Shown here: one piece after another, positions 1 to 15,635 of the stretch
Layout of the letters: each line of letters begins with the position of its first letter
How positions within the stretch are numbered: position 1 is the stretch's first letter
NCBI RefSeq assembly: GCF_009914755.1
Contig: NC_060932.1
Origin: the human T2T-CHM13v2.0 reference genome, Homo sapiens
Strand: one strand, 5' to 3'
DNA: 64,000 bases
The notes under the pieces: generated by a model
The model's database searches: none
Seen by the model: only the letters and a program-made list of their open reading frames with translations
Told to the model about the DNA's origin: nothing
Position numbers and translations under genes: made by a program

Positions 1-419
<419 letters not shown>

Positions 420-519
420 CTACTTTCCAGGACCGTCTCTAACTGACAGAGCCTGTTTCACGCCTTTTTCTTCTTCCATTCTGTCCTCTTCACCTGCGGC
501 TTCTGCTTTATTAGGGTTA

Positions 520-1300
520 TGGGGCCCTAAGCCCCTCTTTTGTGAGGAACATTCAGCCAACACTTTGTTGCAGGCAGGGGAGTCGGCTGGCCTGAAGGTG
601 CAGACACCACCCCAAGCTCCAGTGTCCTCTGGCCGCTGCTCCGCCAGCTCAGCTCATGACCCTCACGGGCAGCCGTCTTGCAAAGAAAGGCGATGAGTAA
701 ACAAAGCATTTGCCACAGGAGTTTGGCTCAGATTTAATAGAGGACGTGTGCAGTCTTTCAGTGTTCCTCGGCCCACAAGCTTTAACCACTGTACAAACTG
801 ATTTAGAACACTAAAGCTCCACTGTTTGTTTAGTGACTTTATTGACTCAATTCCCGCCTCTCAGGCAGGTGGCCCCGGCAGGCAGCCCCGTCATTGTTCT
901 GACTGGGTTCTCCTCAGTGACACCGTGGCCTTCCTGCTGAGAGTTCCTTTCTTTATTTCATTTTTTCTGGTCCTTAAAAAGTTGGGCAATCAAGTCACAG
1001 TTACAGGTGTAGTGTTTCATTTTGAAAGAGGTTTAATTCACTCCAGTCAGCATTTGCAGCGGTCAAATTGGGTTTGTGGTGTAATACGGACTTTTCCACT
1101 TTCCCCTTGGCTAAAGCGAAGGGCTGATTTCCTGGGTGACCGTGAGGAGTGCCGTTACTATTGTGGCGTATTAACTCTTTCTGAACCTCGGGCCTCATTT
1201 GTCAGTGGCTTTCAAGGTGCCCTAATGTATAATTAAGATATACAGTAAGACAGATGCAAAGCGTTTGCAAACTTCCTGTGGTGCCTGGCTCCACTATTGA
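520..1300. promoter_or_regulatory. Candidate enhancer/promoter (unique, mildly CpG-enriched, FOX + AP-1 motifs)
   Basis: TGAGTAAACA (694-703), TGTTTGTTTA (823-832), TGACTCA (843-849); motif presence only. Confidence 0.3.
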
Positions 1301-1944
1301 TTTGGCCCAAAACAAAAAATATTTTCATTGTTCATTGCAAGAACAACATCATTTATTAAACATACACTGTGCAAAGTACATTGTCTAGTGAGGTTTTTCC
1401 TTAGATGCATTGGCTTCTTTGAGCATCACCATAAACTTTTGTGCTGGGTATTACTGCTGTCTTTTATCAGACAGGGACAGTGAGGACCGGAAAGGTGAAG
1501 TGGCTTGCCCACAGTCCCTTCATGTCTGGAGGCAGAGCAGGAATGTGATCCAAGTGACCTGACCACTTCCACTCATCAAGGAGAAAAGGAATTCCCACAG
1601 GCTTTAAAAGGCGGTCACAGTCACATGAGTGGTCTGGTGAGCTATGCCTATAGTGGCACAAGTGGGTTTGCTGGGCTCGTGCCTCTCAGAGGCCACTTGG
1701 CAACTTCTCCCGGTGGCACAGCGCTGTCCTTGGACAACTACCTCAAGCTTTCTCATCAGAGGACAGAGCTCTTGTGTCACCTGATCTTGTTGCCGGTAAG
1801 GAAGTTGGGAGCAGCATATATGCACACACATTCTCTCAGACACACAGCCACATGCCCATTCACACAATGCACATTTGCATAACCACACGCACACTATCAG
1901 GCACACAGACATGCACACTCACACATTCACTCGGACACACACAT

Positions 1945-2385
1945 ACACTCTCAATACACTCATACATATACCCACGCACCTGTCCACCCTCGATACACTC
2001 ATAACCCACACACCTGTCCACCCTTGATACACTCACACATACACCCACACACCTGTCCACCCTCGATACACTCACACACACACCTATCCACCCTTGATAC
2101 ACTCACACATACACCCACACACCTCTCCACCCTCGATACACTCACACATACACCCACACACCTGTCCAACCTCAGTACACTCACGCATACAACCACACAC
2201 CTGTCCACCCTCGGTACACTCACACATACACCCACATACCTATCCAACCTCGGTACACTCACATAGACACACACACCTATCCAACCTCGGTACACTTACG
2301 CATAGACTCACACACCTCTCCACCCTCGATACACTCACACATACACCCACACACCTGTCCACCCTTGGTACACTCACACACTCAT
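1945..2385. repeat. 39-bp-unit minisatellite (VNTR), ~11 copies, inside a CA-rich low-complexity tract (~1820-2590)
   Basis: Unit CACCTGTCCACCCTCGATACACTCACACATACACCCACA starting at 1977, 2011, 2050, 2081, 2120, 2159, 2198, 2237, 2274, 2313, 2352; a 13-aa periodicity shows in the overlapping ORFs. Confidence 0.92.
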
Positions 2386-3539
2386 TCCCACTTTCATTTA
2401 TACAATCATGCATGCACGCATGATACATCACTCACATATGCTCACAAATGCACTCATGCAGTTACAACCCCCCATGTGCACAAATTCATACCCATACACT
2501 CATTCATACTTTCACTCACACATACATGCACATTCATTAACCCACAAACTCACACACATGCACTCACATTCACACACACACTCCTGCATGTGTACATCTC
2601 TTGCTTTCCTGCATAGAAACTGAGTACACACTGGGGTGCAAGATCAGGAGGCCAGCACCCAATATAATAAACTGCCAGAGAGGCGGGTGGTGTGCTGTGA
2701 GGTTTTGTGACTTTCCAAGGCCACTTGAAATAATCTGAGAATTTACAGCAAGGACAGGGAATTGTTGTAAAGAAAATTGGTCTGTATTCTAACATTAATT
2801 GCCCCCAGCCTTCATGAATCAGATTTTTGGCACCAGCACCTTAGCTCAAAGCATACCCTTTGAGGCCTCATGCATTAGCTCTGAGACCTTGAGCAAGCAG
2901 CCTACCTTCTCTTTGCCTCTATTTCCTTATCTGTAAAATAGGGATAATAACAGTGCTTGCCTTATAGTTATGAATATTAAACAAGCCAGTATATGCCAAG
3001 CTGGTGGACCAGGGCATGCACAAACTGATTGTGAACAAATGTGTTCACAATCCGTGGGGTTTTAATGGCTTGGGTTGGCCTACCATTATGAACCAGTAAC
3101 AATGGGTACTAAAGACACACATTAATTTTGAGACTTCATTATGGAAATGAGGTCTCAGGAGAGATGAACCAAGCTTTGAGGACTTTCTGTCCTAGTGGCT
3201 CAATCTATGTAAACTTTCATTTGAAAAACTTTCAAGGCAGAACAGGGATTTTTCCTTCTGAGTCTCAGAGCCGTTTTGACTCCCTTAGGCAGTGAATCAC
3301 CATCTGCCACCTGGGTCAGATAGGGAGAATCACAGACTGCTGGAAAGATCAGGATTGGCACTTTGCTATCTCCCAAACCCTCAGTTAAAGGAATCCTCAT
3401 CTTGTGAGAATTTTGCAAAACCCAATTGGAGAAGGAGCCACGCAACAAATAAAAATCTTATTTTTGGGCTCGGCTTACTTGTAAGTAGGTAGAATCTATG
3501 AATCAACGCATTTAATCTGTGATTCAAACAGATCTCTTT

Positions 3540-3902
<363 letters not shown>

Positions 3903-4621
3903 TCAGACCCATGACACTATTTTGTTCTATTTCTTTCCTTTGATCAGGTCTGGGATCATTTTTCAAATCTTCCAATCATTATCTTAGTCACCTCCCCACC
4001 TTCCTTTTCCTGTGTGTTCATCTGCTCAGGCACCCTGGCAGTGGTTGCTTTGTTAACAGCCCTGGGCCACACCTTCTCTCTCCTTTGCTCTGTGGTGGTC
4101 TACGTCTTGATTCCATGTGAATGGCTCCTTTCAGAAAGTCCCACCATAATCAAACCAACTACACGTGGTTCCTCTCTTTTCCAACCCACCTCCCACCCAA
4201 GTTAGGCCAATGCCTGATCAGAAAGGCACTATTTATTCGCCTTAGAATTTCAACTATTTCCTTATCAGAGCACTCATCTCATCAAAGGAGAGACCAAAAA
4301 GAGGCTATTTTATAGTCTGTGGAAGTAAAAGTTCTTCTCTCTCCTTCATCCTCTAAGAGATAAATGGAGATTACGCAAGTGATTTTCCTTTATAATTTGC
4401 TTTTTGTTTAAAATTTCCCCCATGTTTACAAAATAATTCCTATCTATGCCTAGAGAATTATTGGAATGAGAGTCACTGAATGCTAATAATAGTTACTTAG
4501 GGAGGTGGCATCCAGGGTGATTTTTATTTAAGATACTGGTTCCTGCTCTTTAGTTTTCTGTATTGATTGACTTAAAAATGAACATGTAAAGTTTCGTTAA
4601 AAAATAAGGCCATTTAAAACA

Positions 4622-4760
4622 TTTTTTTTTTTGGTTTATCTTAGAGATGGGAGTCTCTTTATGTTGCCCAGGCTGGACTCGAACTGCTGGGCTCAAATGA
4701 TCCTCCCCGCTCAACCTCCAGAGCAGCTGGGACTACAGGCGCACATGACCATGCCTGGCT
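4622..4760 (-). mobile_element. Alu monomer (FLAM-like)
   Basis: Single monomer with a T-tail on the plus strand. Confidence 0.8.
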
Positions 4761-5194
4761 TAAAAGAAAGCCATTTTAAGAAGGAATTTTTAAAAGCACA
4801 CACACAGCAACAATGCCGTACTTTTTCAAATGATTTTGTGTGTGTGTTAGTTTCTGAATACCTCACTCAGCAGACCAGTTAACCTTACAGGCCATGTTAA
4901 CACATTTCTTCTCAAGCTCCGTTCAAGGCACGTTTTGAAGGCAAAAAGAAAGTTTCTATGGATGTGGAGGAAATATTCCCCTTCATTTCAGAAGGCATAG
5001 TTGAATTATATTATCAGCTCAGGAAGCCTTTGTAAAATGTACCTAATGGGCTTTTTTTTTTTTTTTTTTTTTAGATTTAGATTTTTTTTTTTTTGATCAA
5101 ACTTCTTTAAAGACAACCAAAATGGTCAGTTGGGAAAACTGTTCAGAGGTTACAGCATGTGGGCTCTTCCCAGCATCTTTAAAAAGAAAGAGAC

Positions 5195-5375
5195 TAGCCA
5201 GGTGTGGTGGTGCATGCCTATAGTCTCAGCTACTCGGTAGGCTGAGGCAGGAGGACCATTTGAGCTCAGGAGTTCGAGGCTGCAGTGAGGTATGATCGCT
5301 ACACTGCACTCCAGCCAGGGTGACAGAGCAAGAGCACATCTTTAAAAAATTAATAATAACTAATAAAATAATTTA
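5195..5375 (+). mobile_element. Alu right monomer (FRAM/AluJ)
   Basis: Right-arm consensus with an A-rich tail. Confidence 0.8.
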
Positions 5376-5771
5376 AAAGAAAGTGAGTCCTGCTATAAAT
5401 AAATGTCAGTTTTCCCTTGTTGAGCATCACCAGCTACGCTTTGGATATGCATTCTTGGAGTTGATTTCAACTTTTTTTTCTTTTTTTGAGGAGCATGCTT
5501 AGATTTCAACTTTTAACTGAAGTGTAATATGCATGGAAAAGTGCAGATATCATAAATATACAACTCAATTAATTTTTAAACTAAACATTCTTGTATAACC
5601 ATCACTCAGATCAAGAAACAGAATCTTATACACCTGTGTATCTACAAAGATTTAAAAAATAAAAAAGGGGGAAAAAAGAATCAGTATACAATATATTAGT
5701 GCCCCAGAAGTGCCCCTCATATCTTCTTACAATCACTAACCCCCCACCTCCTCCCCAAGGGTAACCATAAT

Positions 5772-6780
5772 CTTTTTATTATTATTATTATTACTAAGTT
5801 TATTTTCATTGTCTCAGGTCTGCTGAACTCTGGATCCAGGCTGTGTCAATAGGGTAGTGTGATGCCTCCTGTACCTATCTGTGCCTCCTATAGTCCTTTC
5901 TATTTTATTTCATTTTTGATAGTAGAGACAGGGTCTTGCTCTGTTGCCCAGGCTGGTTTCAAATTCCTGGGCTCAAGCAATCTTCCTGCCTCAGCCTCCC
6001 AGAGTGCTGGGATTGCAAGTGTGAGTCACCACATCCAGCTAAGTCCTTTCCCATCTCCCAGGAAGACTATGAGAGAGATTTGGGACCCAAGTTGATAATA
6101 TCAAATACACTGAACTTGACTGTGTTCACCGTGTTCTGGCTCTAGAGAAATGAGAGTTGCTAGTGAGGGCGGTGCCATTCTGTGTATCTTCTGTACCTTG
6201 AAAGTCTCTCAGAAATCTTGCCCCTGGTCTTCTTGTTCTAAGGACACAACAGCTTCCCTTTTTCTCTGGAGATGAAATCCAGATCTTTGATTTTGGAACC
6301 AAATTTGGACTCTTGACTCTGGAACACTAATTTCTTTAGCAAGTTGTTTCCTGGAATCAATCCTAAGGTATGGGTTTTTCAAAAATGCCTTGATGAGAGT
6401 GCATAATTGAGAGGCGCCGTAGGTGGTACAACACTGTCTGGCTTCGCTACTTTGAAACTCTGCACCAGGTTGATCTTGTCCATGGCTCTGGCTTGATTCT
6501 AAAGTCTCTGGTTCTGGTCTTTTCTGGAATCCATGCCTAGCTCTTCAATTCTGAAACCAAATTTGGATTCTTGACTCTTCTGTATTGATTTATAAAGCAA
6601 GGTTTTGTTTGGTAGAATAACCTGAGCAAGGTTTTGGATCGAATGTAGTGGTGAGGATTTTCAATTGTTCTGTGAGTTTGGTGCGACTGCACCTATAATT
6701 TGTTGCTACCATCTTGTGTGAAGAGGTGTCTTTGGTCATGCTGGAAGAGAGTCCTGGAAGCTGAAGTAATGTGTTGGAGA
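5772..6780 (-). pseudogene. DUXAP2: DUXA double-homeobox processed pseudogene; CDS-equivalent 6739..6126
   Basis: Minus-strand translation MTKDTSSHKMVATNYRCSRTKLTEQLKIL...NLAL*INTEESRIQIWFQN*RARHGFQKRPE...KNPYLRIDSRKQLAKEISVPESRVQIWFQNQRS matches both DUXA homeodomains. It is intronless, with premature stops at ~6590 (TAA) and ~6545 (TGA), frameshifts in the C-terminal part and a decayed poly(A)/(TAA)n tail at ~5772-5793. The symbol is inferred from adjacency to NACA4P. Confidence 0.93.
5901..6040 (-). mobile_element. Alu left monomer (FLAM_C-like) inside the DUXA pseudogene 3'UTR
   Basis: Monomer flanked by the direct repeat AGTCCTTTC (5892-5900, 6042-6050). Confidence 0.85.
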
Positions 6781-7338
6781 CCCATGATCTCAAATTCTTA
6801 GTTTTGCCAGTTTTGTACTTTATGTAGGTGCAGTATTGACTGTTTCCTGTCTAGCTTTTCGTTCAAACTCATGCTTGTGAAATTCATCTAATTTTGCATG
6901 TAATTATAGATAATTCATTTTCTTTTTTGTATGGTATTCTGTGCAAATATATTACAATTTATTTATCCATGCTACTGTACATGGTCGTTTGGGTAATTTC
7001 AGTTTTGAGCTATTATAATTAGTACTATGCACATCTAGTACATCACTTTTGGTAAACATTGTAAACATTTCTGTTGGGTATGTGCATAGGAGCAAAATAG
7101 GGTATGCAAATGTTTAGCTTTGCTAGATACTACTCAACAGTTTTCTGAAGTAGTTGTACCAATTTACCACCAGCCATACATGAGTCCCAGTGGAATTGGA
7201 ATAGAAATGTAGAATTTTAATTTTTATAAGATTTGTGCTGAATGGTAACTGTGGAGATACCCTGAGCCCAAAGATGATGAGGCAGAGGAGTTTTTCCAAA
7301 AAGTTCGAATCACCATTACTTTTTCACATTCATTTTCA

Positions 7339-7575
<237 letters not shown>

Positions 7576-7890
7576 TTATGCCGTTTTCTCTTGAAGCTGA
7601 GGAAATAAGACAAAAGAGATCAAAATGTTTTTTCTAAGAGCCCTACTAATCCTGTATTTCCCACTCTAGCTCCAGAGCTTTGATTTTAGGTGCATGTGCC
7701 TACCTGTGAATTTGTTACAGAAAAGGCATGCTCAGGCTGAGGCTGGCATTTCTATAACATTGCTAGTTTCAAACAACAAGTTTGAATGCCATGAACCCTC
7801 ATAGCATGTGAGGGTTTATTCAGCTGACAATTAGCCAGGTAGAAGGGGCATATTCAAAAACTCACTTGCCTGAACTTGGAGCTTTTCTGA

Positions 7891-9381
<1,491 letters not shown>

Positions 9382-9499
9382 GACAGTATTTTGCCAAATT
9401 AAACAGAAAAGAGAGTTCAGTGGAAGATGGCTCTGATTTCAGGGTAATAATAATGGTAGGTAACAATTAAATGGCATTTAAAAATTTGCTGAATGCTTG

Positions 9500-9795
9500 C
9501 TACGAGCGGTGGCTCATGCCTGAATCTCAGCACTTTGGGAGGCCAAGGCAGGCAGATCATCTGAGGTCATGAGTTCGAGACCAGCCTGGCCAACATGATG
9601 AAACCCTGTCTCTACTAAAAATACAAAAATTAGCTGGGCATGGTGGTGCACACCTGTAATCCCAGTTACTCAGGAGGCTGAGGCAGGAGAATCACTTGAA
9701 TCCAGAAGGCGGAGGTTGCAGTGAGCTGAGATTGCACCACGGCACTCCAGCCTGGGTGACAGAGTGAGACTCTGTCTCAAAAAAAAAAAAAAAAA
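9500..9795 (+). mobile_element. AluSx-like
   Basis: Full Alu; flanks AAAAATTTGCTGAATGCTT / AAAAATTGTTGAATGCTT. Confidence 0.92.
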
Positions 9796-10628
9796 ATTGT
9801 TGAATGCTTTCACATATTTTATTTCACTTAATCACTCAAGATCTCTTTAAGGTAGACATAATAATCCTCAATCTACAGAAGATGATATTGAGGCTTGGGG
9901 GTTAAATGCCTCATCTAAGGACACACATGCATGAAATGGCATAACTAGGACACAAACCCAAGTCTCCTGATTCCAAATTTTACCTATTTCTCACTATCCC
10001 CCAGTGCTCTGGGAGTCAGGAAGCTCCCTCAAGGCCAACAGGAATTGAGTGTTTTGACAACTTTGAATGAGCGCCATGAGTCTAACTGGACTCCATTCCA
10101 TTTGCCTCCCCTCCCTTTCTTTGCTCTTCTCCCTTCCTTCAATATCCTTTTAGTGTCTCCCAAGCAACAGGTCATTTGCAATGTGGCAGGGAACCAGAGA
10201 TTAAAGAAAAAGTCCTTACCCTAAAAAAATTCATAGTTTAGTGGGGAGATAGACAAATCATTGTGTGGTGATGCACTAAACGTCAACCCAAATAGGTCAA
10301 AATGGGAAGGGAAAATTATGCCCTGATCACCCATCCAAGTGGCCATGTAAATTTATAAGAAGGCTACATTCCCAAAGGTAAGAAGAACTTGCTTTGATGT
10401 ACTCTCACTTCAAAGGAGGCTGTTTTATTTGGAAACAATTCCTCTGCCTTCAATATCCTATGAGTATATCCCTCAAAATGTGTGTTTAGATCTTTAATTC
10501 TATAACATGTGTTTACCTTTTCCTGATTAAATTCAGAAGAATGCCATCTTATTAGTGGTTCATTTGCATACTCTTTCAGGAATGATCAATGTTCAAAGAG
10601 GTATAGGGGCCTTAAAGAAGTATGGGAG

Positions 10629-10787
10629 GGCCAGGAGTGGTGGCTCACACCTGTGATCCCAACACTTTCAGAGGCCGAGGCAAACAAATCATGAGATCAG
10701 GAGTTCGAGACCAGCCTAGCCAGCATGGTGAAACCCCGTCTCTACTAAAACAAAACAAAACAAAACAAAACAAAACAAAACAAAACA
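10629..10787 (+). mobile_element. AluS left arm ending in (CAAAA)n
   Basis: Left monomer runs directly into a pentanucleotide tail; no right arm. Confidence 0.85.
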
Positions 10788-11629
10788 GCATAGGGATAGG
10801 CTTAGAGATTTCTTTCTAGGTCGTGTGTATAGGAAAAACAACTTCCAAGATGCTAGGGAAGTAATTCTGTTTGTAGTCAGCAACCAGGCTGGATAGAGCA
10901 TGGGTAGGTAGATGAGTGTGTTCGCAGGTGTGTGGCAGAGGTCAGTAGCAGACAAATTTTCCAACATACTACTTCAATAATTGTCTTCATTAGTAGCAAT
11001 AAAGTATACATGTTGCTTTCAAACACCTAAGAATTATTCGACAATAATAAATAGTTGCTAGGTGCTCCCTGGGTACCAGCAGCTTCTTAGGCACAGGGTC
11101 CATAGTGGAAAAGGAGACAGATACGTTCCTGCTCCATGCTTCTCCAAATAGACTACTGATGACCAATCAAACATTCCTAGAAAATTGAGTGTGAGCATTG
11201 CTCTTAAATCTAACACTTTCCATCATTGCTTAACCCACTTGACATTTCTGAAGCCTCACACACTCTTGATGGCCCATTTCTGAGTATTAGTCTCCTTCTC
11301 ATCTTCATTATGTCCCCTCTGAGCAATTGTGACATCCTCTCCCCTTCCCTCTCTGCACCAGGGTCTCCAACTTTGAATCCAGTCTCATCTTTCAGTTTTC
11401 CATCGATGTTATCTTTGTTCTCCTTTCCAACTATAAATAACGATAACTGACAATTGCATGGGCTTTTAAAACATTTACAAAGAAAGTTCCATCCATTATC
11501 TGAATCAAAAATCATTGAAAGCCTCATTGAGTCCTGGCCCCAGCCCTCAAGGAGAGCGCTGAGGTTCATCCGAGACAACACAATCATCGTGTGATGGACT
11601 CACACTGTCTTCTAATCCTTGATTCTGGT

Positions 11630-11970
11630 TCTTTCTGTTTCATGGGGGTTCCTAGGAAGCACACCTTGGGATGAAGGTTCACATGTAGGAGGTTTATAAG
11701 GAATATTTTTGGGGCCAGTGCCTGTGGAAAATAAGGGGAGGAAGCAGGATTGGGCAGAGGAAGAAGTCGCGCTGCAGTACAATCTCAAAGAAAGTCTCAT
11801 TTGACCTGACTTAGAATTCTGAAGATGGGATGACTCTCCTGAACTGTCTGCTTGTGAAGTTAGACTGACAGCTGAGGGTCGTGGGCTGGCAGCACCCTCA
11901 GCAGCGAGGGGGGTGAGTCCTTCAGTCGTGGATGGGCATCTGGGTAGTGCATCATGGCATCCACAACACG
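11630..11970 (-). mobile_element. ERVL solo LTR (LTR16-like)
   Basis: Minus strand begins TGTGGATGCCATGATGCACTACCCAGAT...; plus strand shows gggttcctaggaagcacacc and aagcaggattgggcagagg, typical of the LTR16 group. Confidence 0.6.
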
Positions 11971-12299
11971 ATTCCTCATGCATGACATTCACTCAACATA
12001 AATGACTTGACTTGCTGTCTTGAGCCTCAGTATCTAGAGCAGGGAGCTCATGGAGAAGGGAAGCTGAGTGCCTGGGGCCAGGACCACTACCCTTGGTGGA
12101 GGCAGAGCAAAAAAAGAGGCTAGAATGAGTCTGATCAAATCCCAGCAGATAAATGAGCAAAGGCCGAGGTCAGAGCAAAGCAGGCAACCATATTTCCTAC
12201 CTCAAGTGTTTTCTATTTTATTTTATTTTATTTTTTTTACAGATTCCCACAAAGGCTGTCCTGGAAATTCACCAACATCACCGCTAAAATGTCTAACCA

Positions 12300-12890
12300 C
12301 ATTGTCAACTGTGCTGCCTGGTCAAGGACTGAGGACCTGTCTCAGAGTGATCTTCCTTAATCACAGATCTAGTCATGACCTGGTTTTGCTCAAAATGTTT
12401 CAATGGCTCCCGATTGCCTGGAGAATGAATTTCAAATTTCTAAGTAGACTCTTCCAGCTCTTCAAACCTATCCTCATCAGCCTCTCTAGCACCATCTCTG
12501 GTGACTCCTCTTGTGGCCCTGGGAGAGCCACACCAGGCTGCTGTTCTCATCTCCTTCAAATGGGCAGCCTGTTGTCCTAGCCCTGTGGCTCTGCCTTTGC
12601 TGATCCTGTCACTTGAATGATCCTCTCTCTCTTCTGGGTCTGGTAAAATCTCTCTTCTGTAAAGCTGTTGAGAATGCCTCCTCCATATCCAGCTGTAAGT
12701 AATCACTCTTTCTGAATGCTTTGTTTATACTGTTATAGTAGCACTTAGCAAACTTTACTGCACTTCACTGCATGCAAATCTGATAGGTCACTCTGATAGA
12801 ATGTAAACTCCGTGAAGGCCAGCCTGGGCTCCTCCATGTCAGCAGAGCTCCATAAATACTTTAATGTTTTAAATGAGTAATGAATAAACC
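12300..12890 (+). mobile_element. L2 3' fragment
   Basis: Typical L2 text (tttcaatggctcccgattgcc, tagaatgtaaactccgtgaagg) ending in ...aatgaataaa. Confidence 0.65.
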
Positions 12891-13159
12891 GTTTTAAAAA
12901 ATACTTTCTCTTTTACTCCTATCAGATCTTTCCAGGAAGGATAAGCTGGAGAAAAATTGTTTCTACTGAGAATTCACTTTAATATAAGGCTCCCTGAGAA
13001 GAGGTTCTGAAATAAACAAAATAGCTGGCACCATCATGAGATCCTAGAAATGCTCCTTGGACAAACCTGAAGGTCCTCAGGAAGTGAGGTGCCTAATGCC
13101 GTAGCCTTGGGTGATTTGCTGCGATGCTCTCTCTGTTAGAAAGAAAGTTTAAAAAATAA

Positions 13160-13499
<340 letters not shown>

Positions 13500-15149
13500 T
13501 GAGAAACTCGAATATAATTAATGTGTATCAAAAGGAAATTCATAGCATCCATTTTCTCCTGTGGCTGTTACCTAGCCAGAGACCTTTGGCAACTACTATT
13601 TCAATATTCTTTACTTTGCTCTAAGACATCGATGTGATCTAATGAACAATTATGAATTTATTGACACCAGGAGACTGGGCTCTAAAAGGACAAGCAAGTG
13701 CTTTGCTAAGCAACCCTAACAATCTCTGCCGACGGAAAAAAAGACAGTCACTGCAGCCAGGAGTGCTTAACCCCACATGCTGTTCTCAAGAAGGGTCGAC
13801 ACAACCATCACAGAATGGGAGACCCAAATCCCCTCCCACAAAAACCTTTTGGCCACTCAGCACTTACCACGTGCCGGGCACCATGAGCTTGAGCTCCATG
13901 CTTGCAAGTCTCATGTAATCTTCACAGGAACCTAGCAGATAAGAAGAACTTTCATGACTTGCATTTTACAGATGAGGTCCTCAGAAGTTAAGGAACTGCC
14001 CAAGATCATGGGTGCTCTCAGCTGCAAGGCAGAACTGGAATAGAGTTCTGAGTAACTGAACCCCGTGCCCTAAACCTGCTCCTTGTGAACTTTACTGCAT
14101 ATTAGAATCATCCTGGGATTGTGGAAAGATGCAAAATAAATCAAACAACAACAAAAACAAACAAATATATGTATTGTTACATGGTGTGAGGGGCTCTCTA
14201 GAAAAACACAGCACAGAAAAAGAATAGTGATGTGTGGAGAAAGGGTAGGTTGCAATGTTAAATAATGTCAGAAAAATGGCTAGGGAAATAATCAGTGAGA
14301 TTACACATTAGGAAAGATATGAAAAAAATGGGGGAGCCGTGTATGTATGTGGGGGGAGAGATACCCAGACAGGTGCTATGTGGCAGGTAAAAGGCCCCTT
14401 TGTAGAACAATTGGCCAGTGCAGCTACAGAGACTACGGGTGGAGGGTGGGGGTGGGGGGTGGGCGGAAGATGAGGTCAGAGAATCATATGAGAGTTTGTA
14501 AACCACAGTGAGACTCCTCCCCTCTTACTATGTAAGTCTACTGGTTAAATTACTGATATTCCACTTTTTACAAACATTTAAAACATATAAAACCACATTA
14601 AAAACATATCTTCAAAGTTGGAATACCTGAGCCAATGTTTGGGACAGAGAAGGGAGGGGCTGGAGAACCAGGAAAAGATGAGTGCGAGGAGCAGCAGGGC
14701 CCAGGGAGGGCTCCAGGGAGCCCCTGACCACCCAAAGCTGTCATCTCTCCTAAACTAGAAAGAGTATATCGTAGGGGCTCATTGGAAAATCTAAGCTCCC
14801 TCATTTAAAAAATAAAAATGGCACCAGGGATTTGTGTTTTCTTCCCAATGTTTCTCTTTACGAGAATTCAGCATTATTCCCCCCATTCTTGCTTAGTTTC
14901 TGCCTTGCCACCTCCTACCTGGTTTCTTGGGTTTTACTCTGCTCTTCTGCTCATGCTGTAGGCTGTTTGACCAGCCACAGTCCCTCTGTTTATCTCTTCA
15001 CCTTGATCTCCGTGTCCCCACTCCTAACTCCAATTATGCTATTGTCTTGGGTGGTGGCCACATTCCTATTGTGGCCTCCGCCCCACCACATCCCTGCACC
15101 ACATCCCCCTTTCACATCCTCATCCCACCCGTTTCCTGGTCTTGGTCCC

Positions 15150-15635
15150 TGTGGTAAACTGTTAGATTGAGGGCCCCAATAAACCACAGCGCAAAAGAGT
15201 CACAGCTTGTGTAGCACCTCCTGCATTGACTCTGGAATGGGCGATGTGACTTGCTTTGTCCAAAGAAACATTAGCAAATAGGATGCAAGCAGGAACCCCA
15301 CTGGTGCCCATGCATGAAGTCATCTGCCATATTGTAATATTGCTCAGGTGGTTTCTTGAGTATTGATAGGCTGCACGGAGAGAGGCACTGAAGCATGAGA
15401 TGCCACCTTGGACTATCAGCCGGAGCCAAGCTCCAGATGAAGGCAGCCGTGTGACTGCATGTGTACTGCAGCACGTGAAGCAGGAAGGCTGCCCAGTGGA
15501 GCGGGTTCAGCCCTCAGACTCATGAAAAATTAAGAAATTCTGTATGTCTGTATTTGTTTTAAGCCGCTAAGTTTTGTGGGTTTTTTGTTCGTTTGTTTGT
15601 TTGTTTTTTAAACATAGCAATAGATAAACAAAGCA
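15150..15635 (+). mobile_element. MaLR MLT1-type solo LTR
   Basis: TGTGGTA start, atgtgacttgctttg, ttttaagccgctaagtttt and atagcaatagataa end. Confidence 0.7.

Larger units (their letters stand above)
5505..7190 (-). mobile_element. Old L1 (L1MD/ME-like) 3' end, host of the DUXA retrocopy
   Basis: Antisense L1 3'UTR text before (5510-5770, ...cccaagggtaacca) and after (6790-7190, ttagttttgccagttttgtactttat...) the DUXA insert. Confidence 0.75.

Noticed and set aside
1860-2623. Many overlapping His/Thr- or Val/Cys-rich ORFs; superficially CRISPR-like periodicity
   Set aside because: These are translations of the VNTR/CA tract; the units are tandem with no unique spacers, and the DNA is human.
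5616-5682. Possible ultra-short L1 3'-end insertion (tatacacctgtgtatctacaaagatttaaaaaataaaaaa) between AGAATC repeats
   Set aside because: Too short and diverged to support confidently without alignment.
12068-12580. 170-aa ORF
   Set aside because: Non-ATG start, largely L2-derived, no recognisable domain.
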